A stretch of 48,344 nt of DNA from assembly GCA_048938445.1 (NCBI GenBank), contig JBHLME010000017.1, forward strand, positions 1-48,344, written 5' to 3'. This DNA comes from Promethearchaeota archaeon (GTDB lineage Archaea > Asgardarchaeota > Lokiarchaeia > Sigyniarchaeales > SOKP01). Under the pieces are notes generated by a model. The model did not search any database, was not told where the DNA came from, and worked only from the letters and a program-made list of their open reading frames with translations. Both the position numbers and the translations under genes were made by a program. Positions 30,695 through 39,616 of the stretch are shown one piece after another. Within the stretch, counting starts at the first letter, position 1, and the number at the start of each line of letters is the position of its first letter.

Positions 30695-30996
30695 ATTAAC
30701 ATATCATATTTTTAATATGGTTAATAGGTAATATTTAATATAATTAATTAAAACTTGCCTAACAATTTAGTTTTTTCAAGTAATTACTATATCTCTTAAA
30801 TTTCAAAAATATTTTATAATTTTAGTTAACAGAACTATATTATATCTAACTAATTTATACAACCAAATTAAATAGAAAAGAATAATTATTAGAGAGATTA
30901 ATTAACTAATAATAAATCACCGGACAATAGGCTATTGGAGTTTTTTTAAAATAATAGTGAGAAATTTTAATTAAAGAACTTTCATATAATTGATAA

Positions 30997-31027
30997 TTTA
31001 TATAAAAACAAAATCAATATTGATTTT
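30997..31027 (+). promoter_or_regulatory. TATA-like box followed by a perfect 18-bp palindrome (putative operator)
   Basis: TTTATATA at 30997-31004; AAAATCAATATTGATTTT at 31010-31027; ATG at 31040. Confidence 0.35.
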
Positions 31028-31039
31028 ATTAATAAATAA

Positions 31040-31867
31040 ATGATATCTCCATACATTAGAATTTTAAAGTTAAATGTAGGAAAGTTGATTAAGACTTTAG
31101 GGCTAGATTTTTTTTTTTTTAAACTTAAATCTATCTTAAATTGGTATTTACCATGGAATTTTAAAGAAAAACAAAAAATTATTTCTTTCTATTCATCTTT
31201 TATAGGAAAAGATGATTTATGTTTTGATATTGGAGCTAATATAGGAAATATTACAAATTATTTACTTAAAGTAGGGGCAAAAGTGATATGTGTAGAACCC
31301 GTGAAGAAATGTCAAGATAAGCTGTATTACAAATTTGGAAAAAATAAAAATATTATAATTGTTGGAAAAGCGTTAGGTGAAAAAGAAGGTACAAACCAAA
31401 TTTTAATTTCAGAGGGAGCAGAAAGCATCTCAACCTTTTCAGAAAAATGGATTAATGAAGGTCGATTTTCAGGAAAATTTAAATGGAATAGTTCTGAACA
31501 AGTTGAAATGACAACATTAGACAATTTAATAAGCAAGTATGGTAAACCAAAATTTTGTAAAATTGATGTAGAGGGTTATGAAAGTGAAGTAATCAAAGGT
31601 TTATCAAAACCAATTCCTATAATATGCTTTGAATTTACCAAAGAATTTCTAGAAGATGTTGAAAAAAATATTGAATTCTTAAAAACTCTAGGTAAAGTAA
31701 AGTTTAATTTCGTTATTGGGGCAAGTTTCAATTTTTATTTTAAAAATTTAGTTGACTCAAATTTAATTTTAAATACACTAAAAAAGATGAATAATAACCA
31801 TAAATTATGGGGAGATATTTATGTTTTTTTCATTAATATGCTAAAATCAAATTATAATGAGAAATAA
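31040..31867 (+). CDS. FkbM family methyltransferase
   Basis: FDIGANIG, VEP, TTLD.LI..YG.P.FCKIDVEGYE, WGD. Confidence 0.92.
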   Translation: MISPYIRILKLNVGKLIKTLGLDFFFFKLKSILNWYLPWNFKEKQKIISFYSSFIGKDDLCFDIGANIGNITNYLLKVGAKVICVEPVKKCQDKLYYKFGKNKNIIIVGKALGEKEGTNQILISEGAESISTFSEKWINEGRFSGKFKWNSSEQVEMTTLDNLISKYGKPKFCKIDVEGYESEVIKGLSKPIPIICFEFTKEFLEDVEKNIEFLKTLGKVKFNFVIGASFNFYFKNLVDSNLILNTLKKMNNNHKLWGDIYVFFINMLKSNYNEK

Positions 31868-32157
31868 TTTAATTACACTTCCATTAAAGAAATTATATTA
31901 GAGATCTATAATATTTCTTGATGGTATTCCAATTAAAAAAAGATCTGTTTTTTTAAATGATTTTTCCTTGATTAGCATTCGAGATTAATTTTGTTATTTT
32001 GGTTTTTATTCATTTTAATGAGAAATGGAATTTTTAATCAATAAAATTTTTAAATTGAAAATTTAAAAACATGCAATATTCTTTATTTTAAAAAAATTCA
32101 TAATAATTTTACAATTCTTATTTTTAAGATTAATAAATAATATCTAAATCAAAGACT

Positions 32158-32937
32158 ATGGAATCTATTATTTTAGCTGCAGGATTTGCAAGTCGTTTTA
32201 ATTTTAAGGACTCAACTTTTAAAAAATTCATGCTTCCATTAAGGAATTCTGTTTTGTTGAATTATGTAATGGGAGGAATGTTTATGGCAGGAATCAATAA
32301 AATTAATATAATTATTGATGAAAATGTAGATCAAAGAAGTATTATCGAATCATTCAATAATTTTATAGAAAAATCAAATTTAAACATAAATGAATTAAAG
32401 ATAAACTTTATTCCAAATTTATATCCTGAGAGAGAAAATGGATATAGTTTATTTTTAGGAGTTCGGGAGGTAAAGTCATTATATTTTATCTTATCAATGG
32501 CAGATCATATATTCTCAATAAATGTGTATTTACACTTAATTAATAATTATAATGAGGAGGATGTGGTTTTAGCTACAGATCCAATGGAAATACAAGGAAT
32601 GTATGATTTAGATGATTGTACAAAAGTATTGGGCGAATCCAAACAAATTAAGAATATAGGTAAAAAAATTCCTACATATAATAGACTTGATATGGGAGCT
32701 TTTATTATGAAAACTAGTACTATCAAAGAAAAAGCCCAACAAATCGAGAAAAAATTAAATAATTTCGGTGTTTCTGATATATTATTATCTGCCATAGAAG
32801 AAAATTTAAAAGTGAACTATTTTGATTTTCCGAATACAATATGGATTGATGTTGATAACGAAATTGAATATAATAAAGTAAAAAATACTTTTTACTTATC
32901 TTCTCTCTATAAGCCATTTGAATTAGAATTTGAATAG
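32158..32937 (+). CDS. NTP-transferase, CTP:inositol-1-phosphate cytidylyltransferase (IPCT)-like, stand-alone
   Basis: ILAAG..SR...K, ERENGYSL, MADH, D.TKV......IGK......D.GAF, WIDVD, all matching IPCT as I recall the family. Confidence 0.75.
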   Translation: MESIILAAGFASRFNFKDSTFKKFMLPLRNSVLLNYVMGGMFMAGINKINIIIDENVDQRSIIESFNNFIEKSNLNINELKINFIPNLYPERENGYSLFLGVREVKSLYFILSMADHIFSINVYLHLINNYNEEDVVLATDPMEIQGMYDLDDCTKVLGESKQIKNIGKKIPTYNRLDMGAFIMKTSTIKEKAQQIEKKLNNFGVSDILLSAIEENLKVNYFDFPNTIWIDVDNEIEYNKVKNTFYLSSLYKPFELEFE

Positions 32938-32989
32938 AATTTAATTGTAATTGTCTCCTTTTTAAAGAAAAATTTAAAAATAGTATTAG

Positions 32990-34240
32990 TTAAATTATTT
33001 TTAAAAATTTTAATAATCTTTCTGTAGAATTACCATCAATGTGTTTATGATAAATTTTTTGAGCTTCTTTTCTAAGTGATTCATACTTTTTATCTAATTC
33101 ATCTAAATTTTTAATGCATTCTAATAAACTCTTGCTATTAAAAATAAGTGGCCCTGGAGCAATTTTCTCGAAATCATAATAAAATCCTCTACTATTTTTC
33201 ATAAATTCTTCAAAATCATAAGTAAAGAAAATAATTGGTCGGTTTAACAACAAAAAATCACAATAAACAGAAGAATAATCTGTAATTAATACATTTGAAA
33301 TTATTAATAATTCTTGAATTTCTGAATTTTTATCAACATCAAAAATATTAGAATATAGCTTGAATTCTACTGATTGTTCATACATGTGAGCTTTTGCTAA
33401 TAATACGGCATTTTTTTCAATTAGCAATGTATTTAATTTCATTAGATCCTTTTCAGATAAAGCAAATTTAGCTTTATAAACGAAATCTCTAAAAGTTGGA
33501 GCATATAATAAGATTTTTTTAGTTTGATCGGGAATTTTATATTTTTTCTTAATTTGCTCTTTATAATTATTGTTTTTTGTAAATAATATATCATTCCTAG
33601 GATAACCTGTTGCTAATACTTTCCTTGGAGATATTTGAAAGTATTTTGAAATAAGATGTATGTCTTTTTTAGTACCAGAGGTTGTAATAAAATAGTTAAA
33701 AACATTATTATTTATGATATTTAATCGAAGTAATCTAGCGATTTTGCTATTAGAATATTTAACAGGACCATGTTCTGTAAGATTTCTCTTATTTTGTACT
33801 CCATGCCAAGTCTCTACATAAATGGTATTTTTAGAAAATTCAATTGGTAAAACATCTAAAATACCATGTGTAGTAAAAATGAATTTTGCTTTTTTTAAGA
33901 GCTTAATAGCTTTTAAACTAAATTTAGGAACACAATTATACCCTTTTTTTTTCAATTCTATTATTAGATCTTTGGATTTTGCCAACCATACGAGTTTATA
34001 ATCTGTATTTTTATATATATATTCAAATAAATATTTTGTATTTCCGATAAAAGCAGAACCACCAATAGCGCTCATCACTATTAATTTTTCATCAATATCA
34101 TCTTTAAGAAATTTAGAAAAATATTTTAAAAAAAGAGATATGATAATTTGTTGTATAAAGTAATAAAAATTTGTCCTTTTAATATTTGAATGTCTATTAA
34201 ATAGCTCATTTATAAAAGATAAAATCATTATTAGCATCAC
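32990..34240 (-). CDS. CDP-glycerol glycerophosphotransferase (TagB/TagF) family protein
   Basis: TWHG, TGYPRND, LYAPTFRD, K.H, LITDYSS..D, RPI.F..YD, R.FY, DG.S..R. Start position uncertain. Confidence 0.9.
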   Translation of the reverse strand: MMLIMILSFINELFNRHSNIKRTNFYYFIQQIIISLFLKYFSKFLKDDIDEKLIVMSAIGGSAFIGNTKYLFEYIYKNTDYKLVWLAKSKDLIIELKKKGYNCVPKFSLKAIKLLKKAKFIFTTHGILDVLPIEFSKNTIYVETWHGVQNKRNLTEHGPVKYSNSKIARLLRLNIINNNVFNYFITTSGTKKDIHLISKYFQISPRKVLATGYPRNDILFTKNNNYKEQIKKKYKIPDQTKKILLYAPTFRDFVYKAKFALSEKDLMKLNTLLIEKNAVLLAKAHMYEQSVEFKLYSNIFDVDKNSEIQELLIISNVLITDYSSVYCDFLLLNRPIIFFTYDFEEFMKNSRGFYYDFEKIAPGPLIFNSKSLLECIKNLDELDKKYESLRKEAQKIYHKHIDGNSTERLLKFLKII

Positions 34241-34539
34241 TAATTCTTTTAGAGATTAAATATTATTTATTAATACAATACCATCCTATTTTTAATTAAT
34301 AATTTTAGTAAAGAGATCAATTTATAAGTAATCATTTTTAACCGAATTACAATTCATAAATAACTTTTAATATTTTAACCTATTTTATAATCTGTTTTCT
34401 CCAGTTATCTAAAAGAAGGTCCATTTTTTTTAAAAAAATGTTCAATAATGATGGATATTTCAACTAAAAGTATTTATTACAAATTACGGATTTTGTATTC
34501 ATGAGATTTAATTTAAAAAATAATTGAAAATTAGAAACA

Positions 34540-35601
34540 ATGAATTCAATAAACATAGGAATAATCGGAATTGGTAATTGTGCTTCTGCGTTAATTCAAG
34601 GGATTGAATATTATAAGAATAATAGTAATAATAATGGATTACTTCATCCCTTTCTAGCAGGATTTCATATTTCAGATATAAAAATAGTTGCAGCAGTGGA
34701 TATTTCTAAAAAAAAGATTAGTAAAGACATTGCGGAAGCAATTTATGAAAATGATCTTAATGTAATTGTAGATATAAAAGAAAACTTGAATATTCCAGTG
34801 GTAATGGGAACAGTCTTAGATGGTGTTATTGATGAGACTTCTGAGAGGATTAATCCTGCAAATCAAAAACCAATAAATATGGTAGATTACTTCAAATCGA
34901 CAGGTACTGAAATAGTTTTATGTTTATTACCATCAGGAGCAGATAAAGCTGTTAAATTTTATGCTGAAGAGGCCTTAAGAGCAGGTTGTGGTTTTATTAA
35001 TGCTACACCTACAAATATAGCAAATAACGAAGATTTCGCAGAACGATATAAAAATGCAGGTTTACCATTAATTGGAGATGACTTACAAGACCAATTTGGA
35101 GCAACTATTCTACATAAAATTATTCTACTTCAAATGCTAAATCGAGGGATTAAAATAAAAGAAAGTTATGCCCTCGATGTTGGTGGTGGTTCTGAAAGTT
35201 TAAACACTATTTATAGATCAAGAGAAGTAAAAAGAGAAATAAAAAGTAATTCTGTCGCAGGAGCTTTAAATATTGAAGCACCAATTATTGCTGGGACTTC
35301 TGATTGGGTACCGTTTTTAGGAAATAAAAGAAATTCAATGTTATGGATTGTTGGAAAAGGATTTTTAGGCTCTGAAGTAATTATGGATATTAAAATTCAA
35401 ACAGAGGATGGTCCTAATGGAGGATCAATACTTGTGGATGTAATCCGAGCAACAAAAATTGCACTTAATCAGGGATTATCAGGACCTATTAATGAAATTT
35501 CTGCATATGGATTCAAAAAACCTCCAAAAACGTTTAAAAATCCTGAAGTAGCAATAAGAAATTTAGCTAATTTTATATTGGGTATGAAAAGCGGAGAGTG
35601 A
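34540..35601 (+). CDS. Myo-inositol-1-phosphate synthase-like protein, divergent paralog
   Basis: GIGNCASALIQG, LPSG, FINA.P, GDD..DQ.GAT..H, EDGPN; several canonical motifs are altered. Confidence 0.8.
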   Translation: MNSINIGIIGIGNCASALIQGIEYYKNNSNNNGLLHPFLAGFHISDIKIVAAVDISKKKISKDIAEAIYENDLNVIVDIKENLNIPVVMGTVLDGVIDETSERINPANQKPINMVDYFKSTGTEIVLCLLPSGADKAVKFYAEEALRAGCGFINATPTNIANNEDFAERYKNAGLPLIGDDLQDQFGATILHKIILLQMLNRGIKIKESYALDVGGGSESLNTIYRSREVKREIKSNSVAGALNIEAPIIAGTSDWVPFLGNKRNSMLWIVGKGFLGSEVIMDIKIQTEDGPNGGSILVDVIRATKIALNQGLSGPINEISAYGFKKPPKTFKNPEVAIRNLANFILGMKSGE

Positions 35602-35611
35602 AGAGATTAAT

Positions 35612-36781
35612 ATGAAAACGATTCAAATTTCAAAGCAAGAAAATAATATTGATGAAAAAGAGATTCGAATTGCAATAGCAGGACTAGGAAATTGCGCTTC
35701 AGCGTTAATACAAGGTTTAGAATTTTATAAAAATATTAAAGAAGAGGACATGTATATAAAAGGTTTAATGAATCCTAGTATAGGGGGTTATCTTCCCCGC
35801 CATATTAAAGTGGTTGCTGCTTTTGATGTAGCAAAAACTAAAATTTTCAAGGATATTTCAGAAGCAATCTATGCGGAACCCAATTGTTGTCAAGCAATCA
35901 TAAACCAAAAAGACATGCCTTTTTTAGGAGCAAAATGTTATCCTGGACCAATCTCAGATGGATTATATAAATCTGATGATGGAAAGATCTCTACTTATGA
36001 ATATTTCAAAGCCTATGATGAAAATGAAATTAAACCTGTAGATGTTACCCAAACATTAATTGAAAATCAAGCAGAGATTCTAATTAATTTATTGCCAGTT
36101 GGAAGTTATGAAGCATCACGATTATATGCACAGGCCGCTATAGATGCGGGATGTGGATTTATTAATGCCATTCCAGAATTTATTGTTTCTGAGCAGGTTG
36201 ATGGTGATAAAAATTGGGTAGCTGAATTCGAGAAAAAAGGACTCCCTTGTGCAGGTGATGATATCAAATCCCAAGTTGGAGCAACCCTTACTCATCGCGT
36301 TCTATCAAAAATGTTCTTAGATAGAGGAGTTATCATAACCGATACTTATCAATTAAATATTGGAGGAAATGGAGATTTCTATAACATGAAATCAGAACAG
36401 CGATTAGCAACTAAACGAAAATCTAAAACTTCAGCGGTTGCTTCTGTTCTTCCATATCCCATAAATTGTAGAATTGGACCTAGTGATTATGTCCCTTTTC
36501 TTGAGGATAAAAAAATCTGTTATATTAGAATTGAAGGTAAAACTTATGGAAACTTACCTTTAATGTTAGATTTGAAACTTAGAGTAGAAGATTCGCCTAA
36601 TTCCGCTGGTGTTATACTAGACATAATTCGAGTTATGAAACTCGCATTAGATAGGGGAATATCTGGACGATTGGAAAGTATTAGTTCTTTTAGTTTTAAA
36701 CACCCACATATTCAACCATCATCGGATTTTATAGCAAAAAAATGGGTTGCAGAATTCATAGAAAATAAAAGAGAAAGATAA
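35612..36781 (+). CDS. ino1: Myo-inositol-1-phosphate synthase
   Basis: GLGNCASALIQG, LPVGS, GDDIKSQVGAT..HR, YQLNIGGN.DF.NM...RL..K..SK, GPSDYV, EDSPNSAG, FKHP. Confidence 0.93.
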   Translation: MKTIQISKQENNIDEKEIRIAIAGLGNCASALIQGLEFYKNIKEEDMYIKGLMNPSIGGYLPRHIKVVAAFDVAKTKIFKDISEAIYAEPNCCQAIINQKDMPFLGAKCYPGPISDGLYKSDDGKISTYEYFKAYDENEIKPVDVTQTLIENQAEILINLLPVGSYEASRLYAQAAIDAGCGFINAIPEFIVSEQVDGDKNWVAEFEKKGLPCAGDDIKSQVGATLTHRVLSKMFLDRGVIITDTYQLNIGGNGDFYNMKSEQRLATKRKSKTSAVASVLPYPINCRIGPSDYVPFLEDKKICYIRIEGKTYGNLPLMLDLKLRVEDSPNSAGVILDIIRVMKLALDRGISGRLESISSFSFKHPHIQPSSDFIAKKWVAEFIENKRER

Positions 36782-36866
36782 AAATTGTATTCATGACATA
36801 GTTCATGCGAAGTAATTAACAGAAAAAATCTATTAAGTTTAAAAATTTTTAATCAATTTTTTGTTA

Positions 36867-37850
36867 TTATTCATCTTCATACCAACAAATTAAAACCAAT
36901 TCATAAATTGGAGTCAAATGATTTAACCTCCTTACAATACATTTGTAATTTGGATTTAATTTCTTGATGTAATCAAATGTTTCAAAAAACTCTTTTCCAT
37001 TATGATAAATACTAATAATTAATAGTGGTTTATCCTTTTCAATGGTTTTTTTAGCACCTTTTAAAACTTCCAATTCTAAACCTTCTACATCCAATTTAAT
37101 TAAACCTAACACTAAATTATGTTCTAAGGCATAATTATCTATAGAAATTACTTGAATTTCTTGATCTCCTTTATGTGAGATTGATGAGCTAGAAGATTCT
37201 GATGAGATTTTTAATATCTCTTTTTTCTCCCCTAATCCTAGGTTTTGAGGAATAACTTTTTTTAAATTATTTTTTTTTATAGTCTCTAATAATAATTTAT
37301 AATTATTTTGTTCTGGTTCGAAAGCAATAATTGTACGAGGAGTATATAATTTTTCATATATTAACGCAGAATCACCTATAAATGCGCCTCCATCGATAAA
37401 ATCCGTTCCTTCTAATTTTTGAATAACTTTTTTTGGTAATAATTTCAATCCCGTGTTATAATAGAAAATTGAATTATCATATTTATCAATAGGGAGAAAA
37501 AATTTGTCTTTATAATGTTTAATAGAATTTATAATCGTAGTTTTATGTTTTAAGTCATTAGAGCTCAATAATTTTTTACGTTCTAATAAATTATGAGTAT
37601 AGATATAATATATTTTATTAAAAAACTCTTCAAGAATTTTTTTACTTTCTGAATCAAATTTAGCAAAGTATGAATCTAGATCAATATGATTTATTAAACT
37701 ATACTCATAAATGTCTTTAGCATAATTATACATTAATTTATCCCTTTTATAACTAACAAAATCATTTATAAAATAGAAGATGCTAGTAGAATCATTAAAA
37801 AATAATGCTTGGATTTTCATTATTAAATTTTGAATTCTCTTAGATTTCAT
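36867..37850 (-). CDS. FkbM family methyltransferase
   Basis: IDGGAFIGD, AFEP, SID, IKLDVEG.E..VL.GA, ISIYH. ATG 37850 preferred as start. Confidence 0.9.
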   Translation of the reverse strand: MKSKRIQNLIMKIQALFFNDSTSIFYFINDFVSYKRDKLMYNYAKDIYEYSLINHIDLDSYFAKFDSESKKILEEFFNKIYYIYTHNLLERKKLLSSNDLKHKTTIINSIKHYKDKFFLPIDKYDNSIFYYNTGLKLLPKKVIQKLEGTDFIDGGAFIGDSALIYEKLYTPRTIIAFEPEQNNYKLLLETIKKNNLKKVIPQNLGLGEKKEILKISSESSSSSISHKGDQEIQVISIDNYALEHNLVLGLIKLDVEGLELEVLKGAKKTIEKDKPLLIISIYHNGKEFFETFDYIKKLNPNYKCIVRRLNHLTPIYELVLICWYEDE

Positions 37851-38144
37851 TTTGGTAATAGTTTTATGAAAAATTGAAAAAACTTTTAAGAACAAGGAAT
37901 TTTACTCTCTAAGATTGTTTTATTATTATAATATGATTTAGTTTTAAATATTTTTTATATATATTCTCAGACTTTGAAAAGTAAAATTAATATAAGTTTA
38001 CTAATTTTTATTAAAGCCTTTAGTTGAAACAGACAATATCATTATGTATATACTGAAAGAATTGAATCTACTTAATTTTTAAATAAAGAAAATAAATTAT
38101 TTATATTTCATATGATTATATTTAATTAAATATAATTAAAAGTA

Positions 38145-38393
38145 ATGAGAAAGATGTCCGAAGAAGATCATAAAGTTGAATATACGACTGTATCTATACC
38201 CAAACCATTAGCTGAAAAAATAAAGGATCGAATGAAAGGAACTGGATTTTCTTCAGTTTCAAGTTATGTAACTTATGTTTTAAGACAGGTTTTATCCTCA
38301 ATTGAAGAAGAAGAAAGGTCAAAAGAAGCCTTTACTAAAGAGGAAGAAGAAAAGGTCAAACAACGGTTAAGAGATTTAGGATATATTGATTAA
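38145..38393 (+). CDS. CopG/ribbon-helix-helix transcriptional regulator with an 'EEEEKVKQRLRDLGYID' tail
   Basis: YTTVSIPKPL..KI......GFSSVSSYV.YVLR is an RHH fold pattern. Confidence 0.85.
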   Translation: MRKMSEEDHKVEYTTVSIPKPLAEKIKDRMKGTGFSSVSSYVTYVLRQVLSSIEEEERSKEAFTKEEEEKVKQRLRDLGYID

Positions 38394-38444
38394 CTCTTAA
38401 AAAGGTCCAAAATCGATTCAATTCTTAAATGGAGGTACTTAAAA

Positions 38445-39593
38445 ATGATTCAACCACATGGAGGAAGGTTAATTAATAAAAAATTACCTAAAAGAGAAAT
38501 AGAGAGAGTTAATGAAAATTTTAATGAATTTATACATTTATCTGTTAATAAAACAACCCTAAAAGTTATTAAAAACATATCTAATGGTGTTTTTAGTCCT
38601 TTAGAAGGTTTTATGGTTGAAAATGATTTCATAAATGTTCTGGAGCATATGCATTTAGAGAATGATATACCTTGGTCAATTCCAATAGTTTTAGATGTTT
38701 CTAAAGAAGAAGCTGACTTATTTAAAGTAGGAGATCGTATTATATTATCGAATTCTTCAGATAAGCCTATTGCCCTTATGGATGTTGAAGATACATATAC
38801 ATTTGATAAAAAAAAATATGCTAAAAAAGTATTTGGAACATTAGATAAAGAACATCCGGGTGTACAAAATCTTTTTAATCAAAATGATATATTTATTGGT
38901 GGTGAAATATTTCTCGTGAATGAACCAAAGCCTATTTTTCCCGAATTAGATCTAAAACCAATAGAAACTAGAGTTTTATTTAAAGAAATGAAATGGGATA
39001 AAATTGCAGCTTTCCAAACTAGAAATCCACCACATTTAGGTCATGAATATGTTCAAAAAGCAGCTTTAACTTTCACTGATGGCATCTTTATAAATCCCGT
39101 AATTGGGAAAAAAAAAAATGGAGATTTCCTTGATGAAGTAATTATCAATGCTTATAAAGTACTTATTAAGGAATATTATCCTAAAAATAGGGCGGTATTA
39201 AGTACATTTGAAACAGAAATGCGATATGCCGGACCTAAAGAAGCAATTTTTCATGCGATAGCGAGAAAGAACTTTGGATGTGATTTTATAATCATTGGAC
39301 GAGATCATGCTGGAGTAGGGAATTATTATGGGCCGTATGATGCTCATGAGATTTTTAAGCAATTTCCAGATTTAGGGATAGAACCGATAAAATTCAGGTC
39401 CTTTTCAAAATGTAGTAAATGTGATTCCATTGTTAATGATAAGATTTGTCCTCATCCTCCAGAAATGCAAAACTTTTTTGCAGGAAGAGATATTCGAGAT
39501 GCTTTAATTGCGGGTATTCCCCCCAATTCCGAATTAATGAGGCCAGAAGTGGCAGAAATCATTTTAAAATTTAAAAATCCTTTTGTAACTTAA
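38445..39593 (+). CDS. sat: Sulfate adenylyltransferase (ATP sulfurylase)
   Basis: PHGG.L, SPL.GFM, FQTRNPPH.GH, MRYAGP.EA, GRDHAGVG, MRPEV; GGAGGT RBS at 38431. Confidence 0.97.
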   Translation: MIQPHGGRLINKKLPKREIERVNENFNEFIHLSVNKTTLKVIKNISNGVFSPLEGFMVENDFINVLEHMHLENDIPWSIPIVLDVSKEEADLFKVGDRIILSNSSDKPIALMDVEDTYTFDKKKYAKKVFGTLDKEHPGVQNLFNQNDIFIGGEIFLVNEPKPIFPELDLKPIETRVLFKEMKWDKIAAFQTRNPPHLGHEYVQKAALTFTDGIFINPVIGKKKNGDFLDEVIINAYKVLIKEYYPKNRAVLSTFETEMRYAGPKEAIFHAIARKNFGCDFIIIGRDHAGVGNYYGPYDAHEIFKQFPDLGIEPIKFRSFSKCSKCDSIVNDKICPHPPEMQNFFAGRDIRDALIAGIPPNSELMRPEVAEIILKFKNPFVT

Positions 39594-39616
39594 ATTAATT
39601 TAAGGAGAATGATAAT

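Noticed and set aside
32158-32937. NTP-transferase as the missing heptose guanylyltransferase HddC
   Set aside because: It lacks the E...LGTGG and NGD motifs of HddC and has the IPCT-type NGYSL / MADH / TKV..IGK motifs, next to ino1 genes.
34421-34440. Near-palindrome CA-T8-A7-TG and the many A/T homopolymer runs elsewhere (possible phase variation)
   Set aside because: Low-complexity sequence expected at this AT content; no frameshifted gene is associated with any run.
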